The notes beneath the pieces were generated by a model. It was not told the DNA's origin, made no database searches, and saw only the letters and a program-made list of their open reading frames with translations. From a candidate division CPR3 bacterium 4484_211 (lineage in GTDB: Bacteria > Patescibacteriota > 4484-211), in assembly GCA_002084955.1 (NCBI GenBank), contig MZGJ01000001.1:1-49231 (forward strand): DNA of 49,231 nucleotides, in the 5' to 3' direction. The position numbers were made by a program, and so were the translations under genes. Below are positions 18,884 to 27,575 of the stretch, one piece after another (position 1 is the stretch's first letter; every line of letters begins with the position of its first letter).

Positions 18884-19395
18884 TTTTACGAATAAACCAC
18901 TTTCTGAAAAATTTGTAAAAAGAGCAATTATTAAATGGCTTGATAATCATCCGGCAGTCCTTGCTCGCTCGACCGCAGACACACCACTACAGGCCACACC
19001 CGCAAGACATTGAAACTGCAGACTTCCAACACGAAATAGAAACAATACCCCGTCCGCAACCGGACATACTAAAGTACTACAGGAAACTTCTCTCCCCTAC
19101 TCAGCCCTGAGTTTTCCCCCAAAGACCGAACACCTTTATTACTCGTTAGCGAGATGCCCACACTGCCGCGAGGACTGCCAACACGGAGAAAACTGCCGCC
19201 GAACAAAATATTGCTTCTTCATTCGTTTTGGCGAACAAAAATTTAAAATAACGCCACATAACCATACCCTATATTCGCGACAGCTCTCTTTTCACCTTAA
19301 TAGGACACCTCTTCCCAAACTTAAGAAACCTAATCATCAAGCTTCCTTCTACAGGATTAGCTCCCCAAAGTTCTATAACTTATGTCTTAAATTTC

Positions 19396-20709
19396 TCAAG
19401 CGTTCTTTCTTGTTTCTCCAACTCTTTCTATCTGGGCGCCTAAAGACTTCAAATTCTCCAAAAAATTCGGGTGGGCTCGATAGATAGTGTCAATATTTTT
19501 TAACTCCGACTCCCCCTCCGCCATCATGGCCGCCATCATCAAGGCCACTGTTGCCCTAATAATATATGGACATTCCAACTGACCAGCTCTAAGTACTGCC
19601 GGTCCCAAAACAATAATTCGGTGCGGATCACAGATTTCAATTTTAGCTCCCATTTTAACCAGCTCCGAAACCCAAAATAACCCTCCCTCGTAAACCTTAT
19701 TCCAAAATCTCACCGTCCCTCGGGTTTTCAAAGATAAAGCAATCGTTAGAGGCAAAAGGTCAGCCGGGAAATAAGGCCAGGGAGCCGCCTCTATGCGCGG
19801 AATATAGTTGGGAGTAAAAGGCTTTTCCGGCACAAACCTTTGACCTTCTTCCACCACGGCTGTCGTTCCTTTATACTTAATTTCCACACCCAGCTTGGCA
19901 AACTGCTTAGTAATAAGCGGGAAGAATTGGGGAACTGCATCCTTTACCTCTATCCTTCCTCCGGTGGCAGCCCCCAAAGCCAAGTAAGTAGCAATTTCAT
20001 GATGATCAGACGAAACTCTAAACTCAGTGCCATGCAGCCGCCCAACCCCTCTTATCACAAGCCTGCTCGACCCAATACCGCTGATCTGCGCCCCCATGGA
20101 GTTAAGCATAGAACATAAATCTTGAACATGGGGCTCACTGGCCGCATTATTAAGAACCGTCTCGCCCTCGGCCAAAACCGCAGCCATAACAACATTTTCT
20201 GTCGCCGTTACGCTCATGTAGTCTGGCCAGAGCTCAGCACCTTTAAATTTCTTTCTAATCTTTAGCCAGACCCGCGAATCTTTCCTGCCAACTTCCATTC
20301 CCATCTCCCGCAGCATGCCAATATGCGGATCAATCTCTCGGATCCCCAAAGTACACCCTCCAATAGAGGAGCCTATAGTTAACTTCTTAAACCTTTGTAA
20401 AAGCGGAGAAATAAGAAGAAGACTAGCCCTCATCCCCAAAGGCAACCTCCCGTCAAAATTGTCCAAGGAGAGGGAGCTATTTTGGATCGAAATTCTACCA
20501 GCCTGCTTATCCCACTCGGTTTTTGCTCCCAACTCTTCTAAAACTTGCACTATTTTCTGCACATCAGTTAAGTCGGGAACATTGTGAAGAATCACAGGCT
20601 CGTTTGTTAAAAGACTAGCACAAAGAGCGGGCAAAACCGCATTTTTATTGCCCGAAGGGGTAATAATCCCACCCAGCTTTATTCCGCCCTGAATTCTAAT
20701 ATCTGACAT
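19396..20709 (-). CDS. murA: UDP-N-acetylglucosamine 1-carboxyvinyltransferase
   Basis: 437 aa with full-length MurA-like organisation: PSGNKNAVLP near the N-terminus and an active-site loop GGCTLGIREIDPH. Confidence 0.9.
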   Translation of the reverse strand: MSDIRIQGGIKLGGIITPSGNKNAVLPALCASLLTNEPVILHNVPDLTDVQKIVQVLEELGAKTEWDKQAGRISIQNSSLSLDNFDGRLPLGMRASLLLISPLLQRFKKLTIGSSIGGCTLGIREIDPHIGMLREMGMEVGRKDSRVWLKIRKKFKGAELWPDYMSVTATENVVMAAVLAEGETVLNNAASEPHVQDLCSMLNSMGAQISGIGSSRLVIRGVGRLHGTEFRVSSDHHEIATYLALGAATGGRIEVKDAVPQFFPLITKQFAKLGVEIKYKGTTAVVEEGQRFVPEKPFTPNYIPRIEAAPWPYFPADLLPLTIALSLKTRGTVRFWNKVYEGGLFWVSELVKMGAKIEICDPHRIIVLGPAVLRAGQLECPYIIRATVALMMAAMMAEGESELKNIDTIYRAHPNFLENLKSLGAQIERVGETRKNA

Positions 20710-20774
20710 AGAAAAAACCGGCCATTCCTGCCCAACCGGTACTTTTTAAACTGTACTTCCCCGCAAAAAAGCAA

Positions 20775-21263
20775 TCAATTTTCCCGCATCAGCCGCACTC
20801 TATCTCCTATTGAGATGCCCCTTTTTTCAACCTCTCCCGCATTTACCTCCAAAACATAAGCGGCCTCGGCGCCGGGGGCATAACTGGCGCAAGGTTCTAA
20901 TTTGCACGGCGGCAGATCCTCACAAATATCTGCCACCCTCAAATCCTCACCAATCCAAATAATATCTAAAGGAATCAGCGTATTCTTCATCCAAAAACTA
21001 TAGACACCCGGCCTATTAAACACAAAGAGCATCCCCTCGTCCCGGCCTAATTCTTCCCGATACATTAATCCTCTGGAACGCTCCCGCGCCGTTATTGCCA
21101 AGCTCACCCTAAAACAGCCACCTCCAAAACAAACCCGATTAGGCGCCTCTCCCTCTTTATTTAGAATTTTATTAGATAAATTCTGTCGCCAACAGAAGAA
21201 CAAAAAAGCGGCCAGCGCCAATAATAAAGCGAATACCACAAGGACAGTTTTGAGTTTAATCAT
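20775..21263 (-). CDS. DUF192 family protein (secreted or anchored)
   Basis: It has an N-terminal hydrophobic segment. GLMYREELGRDEGMLFVF...FWMKNTLIPLDIIWI matches the DUF192/COG1430 pattern. Confidence 0.65.
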   Translation of the reverse strand: MIKLKTVLVVFALLLALAAFLFFCWRQNLSNKILNKEGEAPNRVCFGGGCFRVSLAITARERSRGLMYREELGRDEGMLFVFNRPGVYSFWMKNTLIPLDIIWIGEDLRVADICEDLPPCKLEPCASYAPGAEAAYVLEVNAGEVEKRGISIGDRVRLMREN

Positions 21264-21371
21264 CCGCCTTCCTTTGCATAACCTCCAATCTCTTGGCAGG
21301 CATGTCCAGGACCGAATCAGGAAAAATCCATCTTATAAACTTATAAAGAAGCAGTCATCAAAAGAATGAAT

Positions 21372-21446
21372 TGGTGGGCCAGGGTGGGGTCGAACCACCT
21401 GCTTTCATCTTATAAGGATGACACTCTACCGTTGAGTTACTGGCCC
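21372..21446 (-). tRNA. tRNA-Ile (UAU), CCA encoded
   Basis: Minus-strand cloverleaf: acceptor GGGCCAG/CTGGCCC, D arm ACTC-AACGGTA-GAGT, anticodon arm TCATC-CTTATAA-GATGA (anticodon TAT), variable AAGCA, T arm GGTGG-TTCGACC-CCACC, discriminator A, CCA. 75 nt. Confidence 0.8.
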
Positions 21447-21578
21447 TCAACAAAGCCTGAACAAGACAAGTTCCATACAGCTTTCCTTGTCGGCCAAATT
21501 GCGCCCTATTCCCCATTTGGCACGAGCCTGCATTTCGCAGGTCATTTTAAAGCCGGCTATTACAAAAACACCAATCAA

Positions 21579-21908
21579 CTACCTCACCTTAGTCCCTGGC
21601 GAAACTTTATCACAAGGCATAACCAGCACCGCCCGCCCATCTACATCCGCCGCCAAGAGCATTCCCTGCGAATCCAGGCCAGCCAGCCTCTTTGGTTGGA
21701 GATTAACAACAACTACTACCTGCAACCCAATAAGAGCCTCCTTTGTATACCACAGCTTAATCCCAGCAATAAGAATACGCTCCCCCAATTCTCCCAAATC
21801 AACCGATATTTTGTACAATTTATCATATCCCTCCACATCCTCTACTTTCTTTATCTCCCCAACCCTTAAATCCAACTTTTGAAAACCTGAAAAAGGAACT
21901 GTAACCAT
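21579..21908 (-). CDS. tRNA-binding domain protein (CsaA/Trbp111-like)
   Basis: LDLRVGEIKKVEDVEG.DKLYKISVDLGE...VVVVVNLQPKRLAGLDSQGMLLAA is the OB-fold tRNA_bind signature. I place the start at the Met of MVTVPF, which is preceded by GAAGGAAA. The track start (21929) abuts tRNA-Cys. Confidence 0.75.
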   Translation of the reverse strand: MVTVPFSGFQKLDLRVGEIKKVEDVEGYDKLYKISVDLGELGERILIAGIKLWYTKEALIGLQVVVVVNLQPKRLAGLDSQGMLLAADVDGRAVLVMPCDKVSPGTKVR

Positions 21909-21931
21909 TTTCCTTCTACATCTACGCAAAA

Positions 21932-22006
21932 TGGAGGCCTGGGAGGGAATCGAACCCTCGCATAGCGGTTTTGCAGACCGCCGCCTTACCGCTTGGCTAC
22001 CAGGCC
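21932..22006 (-). tRNA. tRNA-Cys (GCA), CCA encoded
   Basis: Acceptor GGCCTGG/CCAGGCC, anticodon arm GCGGT-CTGCAAA-ACCGC, T arm GAGGG-TTCGATT-CCCTC, discriminator U (typical for Cys), CCA. 75 nt. Confidence 0.9.
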
Positions 22007-22104
22007 TTTTGCCAGATGATGCCGAGGCAGATTTCTACCAAGATTCTACTCCGATGTGTATCAGGAATCTGGCTGCCGGGCTCTGCCCAAAGTATACCAC
22101 AACT

Positions 22105-22131
22105 AAAAACCCCGCACCTTGGAGTGCGGGG
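22105..22131 (-). terminator. Intrinsic terminator (minus strand)
   Basis: On the minus strand: CCCCGCAC-tccaag-GTGCGGGG, followed by TTTTT. Confidence 0.6.
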
Positions 22132-22299
22132 CTATGCTCGCTCCCAGATCCAAGTGCTCAGTCAAGCTAGAGCTCGATTTAAAAATTAAGCTCTAGTAAC
22201 CAAACACTGGGAACTGGAAGCGAGATTTATTGTTTCTAGTCTTATAGTCTTACTAATTCGCTGTAGACAACTCTGTTGAAATCTCTGTCTTTACTTGAT
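22105..22299 (-). ncRNA. Candidate ~195-nt small RNA of unknown family
   Basis: It is bounded by a perfect consensus promoter (22306..22334) and the terminator at 22105..22131. I found no ATG in the predicted transcript, and the GTG/TTG frames stop within a few codons. It contains an ~86-nt imperfect hairpin (22138..22223). Confidence 0.45.
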
Positions 22300-22305
22300 G
22301 CGGCA

Positions 22306-22334
22306 ATTATAACAAGCCATACCATATCTGTCAA
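22306..22334 (-). promoter_or_regulatory. Perfect consensus sigma70 promoter (TTGACA-17-TATAAT) on the minus strand
   Basis: The minus strand reads gcccacTTGACAgatatggtatggcttgtTATAATtgccg. It lies 158 nt downstream of the lon stop and has no ORF downstream. Confidence 0.6.
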
Positions 22335-22491
22335 GTGGGCGGCGACTATCTAGTTCGGGAACACAACAAATGCAAAAAGCAGAAAGTTTCAATTATTACC
22401 TTTCTCCAAAACACACGAGGAAGCCGCGGGGCGGGATTGCATCAGCAAGAATTTAGCCGGATGAAATATTACCTAATTTATGGAGACATCT

Positions 22492-24909
22492 TTACGGAGA
22501 CACTAAAGCCTCCCGGAGAACTTCATCTACATTCTCAACCAAAATAAAACCCAAATCCTTCCTAATATGCTTTTCGATTTTTTCCAAATCACCCTTATTT
22601 TTTTGGGGCAAAATTACCTTTTTGATTCCCGCCGCTCTGGCCGCCAGAACTTTCTGCTTCACCCCGCCTACAGGGAGCACCAACCCCGAAAGGGTAATTT
22701 CTCCCGTCATGGCCACATCATTTTTAACCTTCCGGCCTGTCATCAATGAAGCCAAAGCACAGACCATAGCTACACCCGCCGAAGGACCGTCCTTAGGTAT
22801 GGCCCCCGCCGGCACATGAAGATGCAGATCATTCTTTTCAAAAAACTTCTTGTCAATTTTTAGCTCCTTGGCCCGAGATCTAATTAACGACAAGGCTGTA
22901 CTGGCCGATTCCTTCATCACATCGCCTAAATTTCCGGTAAGAGTTAATTTTTTCCCTCCGGGCATTTTTCTGGCCTCTATGAATAGAATATCCCCCCCCG
23001 AAGAAGTAACCGCCAACCCGGTCGCCACACCCACAGCAGACAACCGTCTTTTAACTTCCGGAAAGGCTTTCTGCGGACCTAAATACCGCGGTACTTTACC
23101 GGCGGTAATACGCTCCCCTTTTGTTTTTTTCTGCGCCACTTTTTTGGCTACCTTGCGGACAATTTTGGCAATTTCTCTTTCCAAATTACGCACCCCGGCT
23201 TCGCGCGTATACTCCAAGATTATCCTTTCTAAAGCCTTTCTCTCAAAAACAACCTGTTTTTCATTTAATCCATGTTCCTTAATTTGTCGAGGAAGCAGAA
23301 ATTTCTCGGCAATAAATATTTTTTCTTCAGCTGTGTAGCCGGGAATCTCAATTATCTCCATCCGGTCCAGCAGTGCCGGATGCATAGTCTCCAAAACATT
23401 GGCCGTGGCAATAAACATCACCTTAGAAAGATCAAAGGCCAAATCTAGATAGTGATCCCGAAAAGTACTGTTTTGCTCTGGATCTAGAACCTCAAGCAGA
23501 GCCGAAGAGGGATCACCGCGAAAATCCGCCCCCACCTTATCAATTTCATCAAGCATAAAGACGGGATTATTTGTCTCAGCTCGTTTGATACCCTGAATTA
23601 TCCTGCCCGGCAAAGCCCCAACATAAGTCCGGCGATGACCTCTAATTTCTGCCTCGTCGCGAATCCCCCCCAAAGAAATTCTGACAAACTTGCGTCCCAA
23701 AGCACGGGCAATGGATTTCCCCAGCGAGGTCTTCCCTACCCCAGGAGGCCCTACAAAACACAGGATAGGGGATTTCAAATCTTTTCTAAGTTTCCTAACC
23801 GCCAAGTATTCAATTAAACGCTCCTTGATCTCCTTAAGATCGTAATGATCCTCATCAAGCACCTTTTGAGCCCTCCTAAGGCTAAGATTGTCCTTAGTAG
23901 AAACATTCCAAGGGAGATCCAACACCCAGTCCAAATAGGTTCTCACCACCTGATACTCTCCAGACATCGGATGCATAACCTCCAGGCGCTTTATCTGAAT
24001 ATCCACTTCTTTCTTGGCCTCTGGAGGAAGACCCACCTTCTTCAGACGCTTCTTTATCTCCTTAATCTCGGCCGCCAACGGATTTTCTTCCCCTAATTCT
24101 TTCTGAATGGCCTTCAGCCTCTGCCTTAAAAAAACCTCTCTCTGCGTTTTATCAAATTCCTTCCTCACACTAGACTGTATCTTTCCCCCCAGTTTAATAA
24201 ACTCCAACTCGCGAGACAGCAACCGCATGAGTAACTCAAATTTCTCTTTGCCTCCACTAGTTTCCAGAAGCTGCTGCTGCTCAGCCGGCTTGAGCCTAAT
24301 TAAGGTGGCCACCGTATAGAGAAGTTTTAGCGGTCTCTCCTCCAATTGCTCCAACAAAACACCCATCTCTTTGGGCAAAAAAGCGGAGGCGCTAATTACC
24401 TTCTGCGCCGTGTTAATTAAAGACTTACACAAGGTCTCTGTTTTTTGATTAAAGGGAATTTTTTCCTCTTTTAATTCCACACTGGCCACCAGAATATCCC
24501 GATAATACCGCCAGTCCAAAGCACGAATTCTCGATATCCCCTGCAGGGCCACCATCTGCGAAATTTTAGAAATGGGAATAACTTTGTGGATTAAACAGGC
24601 AGTTCCAACTTGAGCTTCGGGCCATGAACCTTCCCTCTGCCCTCCACTCCCCTTGGAGCGGCCGCTCTTTGTCTCCTGCAAAAATGTCCCGATAAAATGG
24701 GAGGTCTCCATAGCTTTCCTTACGGCCAGTTGCGATTTGGCACTTTCAACAATTACCGGGATAACCGTCTGCGGGTAAATAACCGTCCCCTTTAGAGGTA
24801 AAACAATAAGCTCCCTGGGAACATCCTTCCCCTGCACGGTCTCGTTTTCCTCAATAGAGAAAACACCTTCTTCCAATGGTCCTTTTTTTCTACTATCAAA
24901 AAGAGACAT
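22492..24909 (-). CDS. lon: ATP-dependent Lon protease
   Basis: 805 aa. It has a LON N-domain, Walker A GPPGVGKTS, Walker B FMLDEIDK, and a protease domain with PKDGPSAGVAM (catalytic Ser). Confidence 0.95.
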   Translation of the reverse strand: MSLFDSRKKGPLEEGVFSIEENETVQGKDVPRELIVLPLKGTVIYPQTVIPVIVESAKSQLAVRKAMETSHFIGTFLQETKSGRSKGSGGQREGSWPEAQVGTACLIHKVIPISKISQMVALQGISRIRALDWRYYRDILVASVELKEEKIPFNQKTETLCKSLINTAQKVISASAFLPKEMGVLLEQLEERPLKLLYTVATLIRLKPAEQQQLLETSGGKEKFELLMRLLSRELEFIKLGGKIQSSVRKEFDKTQREVFLRQRLKAIQKELGEENPLAAEIKEIKKRLKKVGLPPEAKKEVDIQIKRLEVMHPMSGEYQVVRTYLDWVLDLPWNVSTKDNLSLRRAQKVLDEDHYDLKEIKERLIEYLAVRKLRKDLKSPILCFVGPPGVGKTSLGKSIARALGRKFVRISLGGIRDEAEIRGHRRTYVGALPGRIIQGIKRAETNNPVFMLDEIDKVGADFRGDPSSALLEVLDPEQNSTFRDHYLDLAFDLSKVMFIATANVLETMHPALLDRMEIIEIPGYTAEEKIFIAEKFLLPRQIKEHGLNEKQVVFERKALERIILEYTREAGVRNLEREIAKIVRKVAKKVAQKKTKGERITAGKVPRYLGPQKAFPEVKRRLSAVGVATGLAVTSSGGDILFIEARKMPGGKKLTLTGNLGDVMKESASTALSLIRSRAKELKIDKKFFEKNDLHLHVPAGAIPKDGPSAGVAMVCALASLMTGRKVKNDVAMTGEITLSGLVLPVGGVKQKVLAARAAGIKKVILPQKNKGDLEKIEKHIRKDLGFILVENVDEVLREALVSP

Positions 24910-24919
24910 CGTTAATCAA

Positions 24920-24933
24920 CTGACAGCTGTCAG
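24920..24933. promoter_or_regulatory. Perfect 14-bp palindrome CTGACAGCTGTCAG upstream of lon (possible operator)
   Basis: It ends 10 nt from the lon ATG (24909) on the minus strand. It is perfectly self-complementary. Confidence 0.35.
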
Positions 24934-25128
24934 CCAATAAAATGCTTAACAGTCATTTAGATTTCAAAATTGACTTAATCTTTATAATTCCAAATTTGCC
25001 CCCTTTAGCAAACCCCTGCCTCATTCGCCAAGAGATCGCCAAGACAAAAACATGCCGCAAAATCAACTTGCAAGAGCTTCTTAGTCCACTTACATAATAG
25101 CACGACCGTCAAACAACTCGTTGAACTG

Positions 25129-25701
25129 CTAAAGGCCAAGGTTAAGAATTAAAGCCAATCCAAAAAGGCCGACCCAGACCCTCAAGTCCCAATTATAAAC
25201 CTTCAGTCCATCCATAAAACCAAAAGGCAGCAAATTAAAAAGAGCCAGGCGGGCGTTAATAGCCCCCCCATAAGAAAGAAACAGGCGGGGGCCCCAAAGC
25301 ACGGCGGCCAGGTAGAACAAGAGAGACAAAACTATATTGCTTATCGGCCCGATGGCGGCAATTTTCCCATTTTCTTCATTGGTGGTTATACCCGAAATCA
25401 CCACTGCCCCCGGCAGGGCAAAAATAAATCCCGAGGTCCAGGCGGTGAATATTGTCAGCAGCAAACCCAAATCAAATGAACGGAACTCTGCCCAGCAATT
25501 AAAACGCTGTGCCAAAAACTTATGCGCCAGCTCGTGAACAACAAAAGAAACGCCCACGGTAACCCCAGAAAACAAAAAGGAGGAAAATACCCCCAAGCCC
25601 GGCAGGCTTCTGGTAAAAGCTAACGCAAAGGAAAAAGAAAGCACCGCCCAAGCCTTAATTAGTTGTTGAACCTCTTCTTCAGAAAAATGCATCAATATCA
25701 A
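25129..25701 (-). CDS. Small membrane zinc metalloprotease, M50 (site-2 protease) family
   Basis: It has HELAHKF (HExxH) within a TM segment and FNLLPFGFMDG (NxxPxxxxDG). The protein is polytopic and hydrophobic. Confidence 0.7.
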   Translation of the reverse strand: MILMHFSEEEVQQLIKAWAVLSFSFALAFTRSLPGLGVFSSFLFSGVTVGVSFVVHELAHKFLAQRFNCWAEFRSFDLGLLLTIFTAWTSGFIFALPGAVVISGITTNEENGKIAAIGPISNIVLSLLFYLAAVLWGPRLFLSYGGAINARLALFNLLPFGFMDGLKVYNWDLRVWVGLFGLALILNLGL

Positions 25702-25766
25702 TCTGCAAAAATTAACCTCTTGGAATAGCTTTTGTTAATTATGTTATCTCCCCTGCGCCTAGACTG

Positions 25767-26777
25767 CTACGCAGGAATAAAAGCTAACTTCGCCCCGCAC
25801 TTTGGACATCTTCTCCCTTCCATGTAATTTTTTATTGAATACCCAAGCCGCTCCACCACTTCCTCTCCACACTGCGGACAATAGCTGCTTTCATAATCAC
25901 TATGGGGAACATTGCCCAGATAGACATAGTTTAGACCCAATTTCCTGCCAATTTCGTAAGCCGCCTTTAGAGTTTTAAGCGGCGTTGGATAAGAATCCTC
26001 CATTTTATACTGAGGGTAAAAGCGAGAGATATGCCAGGGCATATCCCGGGAAATACCCGCCAAAAATTTGGCAATTTGACTTAATTCTTTTTCCGAGTCG
26101 TTTTCCCCGGGAACCACCAAAGTCGTCACCTCCACCCAAATGCCTTTTTCGTGCATCAGCTTAATAGAATCCAGTACCGGCTGCAACCGCGCCCCGCAAA
26201 TTTTACGATAGTATTCATCGGCAAAGGCTTTAAGATCAATATTGGCAGCATCAATTACCCCAGCCATTTTTTCAATAGTCTCCGGCGTTTGAAAACCATT
26301 GGTGACAAAAATGTTTTTTAACCCCTGCTTTTGAGCCAATTGGGCTGTATCATAGGCAAACTCAAAAAAAATTGTCGGTTCGGTGTAGGTATAGGCAATA
26401 GATCTACATCCTGCCCGCAAGGCAGATTTAACCACCTGATCAGGAGACATGCTCTCACCAATAATCTGTCCCCTTGGTCCTTTACTTATCTGGGAAATCT
26501 GCCAGTTTTGACAAAAAGCACACCGAAAATTACACCCCGCCGTGGCAATAGAAAAACTTTTTGTCCCAGGCAAAAAATGAAACAAGGGTTTCTTTTCTAT
26601 TGGGTCCACATTAGCAGAGATCACCCTGCCATAAACCAACGAGTAAAGCACCCCATCGCAATTCTCCCTCACCGCACAAACTCCCCTCTTTCCCTTGGCA
26701 ATAGTACAGCGATGCGCACATAAATTGCACCGAACCTCATCATTTTCTAATTTGTCGTAAAGCATCGCCTCGTACAT
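25767..26777 (-). CDS. AmmeMemoRadiSam-system-type radical SAM enzyme
   Basis: It has an N-terminal Cys cluster (CNLCAHRC...GKRGVCAVR), a radical SAM motif (CNFRCAFCQNW) and a C-terminal zinc ribbon (CPQCG...CPKCG). This architecture is typical of that family. Confidence 0.7.
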   Translation of the reverse strand: MYEAMLYDKLENDEVRCNLCAHRCTIAKGKRGVCAVRENCDGVLYSLVYGRVISANVDPIEKKPLFHFLPGTKSFSIATAGCNFRCAFCQNWQISQISKGPRGQIIGESMSPDQVVKSALRAGCRSIAYTYTEPTIFFEFAYDTAQLAQKQGLKNIFVTNGFQTPETIEKMAGVIDAANIDLKAFADEYYRKICGARLQPVLDSIKLMHEKGIWVEVTTLVVPGENDSEKELSQIAKFLAGISRDMPWHISRFYPQYKMEDSYPTPLKTLKAAYEIGRKLGLNYVYLGNVPHSDYESSYCPQCGEEVVERLGYSIKNYMEGRRCPKCGAKLAFIPA

Positions 26778-26814
26778 AAAAAAAACAGCAACCAGAAAAA
26801 AGTACTCCTACCCA

Positions 26815-27483
26815 TCACTCATTACCCGCCGCTCTCGCCACCCTCTGCGCCCGCACAATGTATCTATTCACATCCAATCCCAGCGGCCAGCAGGTCATCA
26901 AGGTTAAAACTTCCTCTTCGGTTGGGGCCAGATACTCCAGGGCCTTTTTAGAAACCACCTTGCCCTCCACAACCTGATAGTGGTAACTCTGCCCCTGATA
27001 CACCACCACAATCCTATCGCCGGTCGTCAATTTGTGCAAATTATTAAATACCCCCTTATATTCGCCGGTGTCACCCCCGGGGATCTGCGAGTGCCCGAAG
27101 AGAAAAATATTCCCCTTCTCTCCAGGAAGAGCCCCGTCCACAATAACATTAGTAAACTCACGGTGTTTAAAATGGGCCACCCCTTGGGTCACCCGCCAGA
27201 GATACTCCCGCGGATTTCCACCATCAACATTGGCGATTACCGGCACATTAACTTTAATCTTAGGTATCACCAGCGAAAAATCTTTAGAAACAGGAATTAT
27301 GTCCGGTTGACTTACCTCTGCTTCCTCTTTTATCCCCAAAATAGATGTTGCCTTCTCATAACTCTCATATACTCTAGAAGGCTGCCTAAGCCAAAAGACA
27401 GCAGAATAAGAAACTAACAGAACGATAAAAATGACCAGACTAATTTTAAGTAATTTCACAGCGGGAAATAAGGCCAGGGGCAA
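26815..27483 (-). CDS. Sortase (transpeptidase)
   Basis: It has an N-terminal TM anchor, a His in IFLFGHS, the catalytic Cys in LTLMTCWP, and a conserved Arg in IVRAQR. Confidence 0.8.
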   Translation of the reverse strand: MPLALFPAVKLLKISLVIFIVLLVSYSAVFWLRQPSRVYESYEKATSILGIKEEAEVSQPDIIPVSKDFSLVIPKIKVNVPVIANVDGGNPREYLWRVTQGVAHFKHREFTNVIVDGALPGEKGNIFLFGHSQIPGGDTGEYKGVFNNLHKLTTGDRIVVVYQGQSYHYQVVEGKVVSKKALEYLAPTEEEVLTLMTCWPLGLDVNRYIVRAQRVARAAGNE

Positions 27484-27575
27484 AACAACTGCCTGCCCCC
27501 GCCCATGTCAGGCGCTTACGACCCATCCTCACCGCCATTATACCAAAGGCATTGGGAGAACTAAACAGATGATAA

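Noticed and set aside
13770-19395. Search for an hsdR / SF2 helicase-nuclease gene completing a Type I system
   Set aside because: No ORF with helicase motifs exists downstream of hsdS. Only the 73-aa HNH gene and an ORF-free stretch follow.
9300-19400. att-type direct repeats duplicating a tRNA 3' end at the far side of the putative island
   Set aside because: I scanned by eye for the 3' halves of the tRNA-Met/Ile2 and tRNA-Asn sequences near 11.0-11.7 kb and 18.9-19.4 kb and found none. The island boundaries therefore remain unproven.
21366-21882. Two plus-strand ORFs (167 and 131 aa)
   Set aside because: They start inside tRNA-Ile(UAU) and run antisense to the well-supported tRNA-binding protein gene. 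Their composition is low-complexity and Pro/Ser-rich.
21931-22189. Two plus-strand ORFs (79 and 72 aa)
   Set aside because: They overlap tRNA-Cys on the opposite strand and the terminator hairpin. No motif is present.
22105-22299. Identity as SRP RNA, RNase P RNA, tmRNA or a tRNA-like element
   Set aside because: I could not find the SRP domain IV GGAA/AGCA apex. There is no GAGGAAAGTCC-type RNase P core, and no tRNA-like 3' end with T-loop and CCA. The family is left unassigned.
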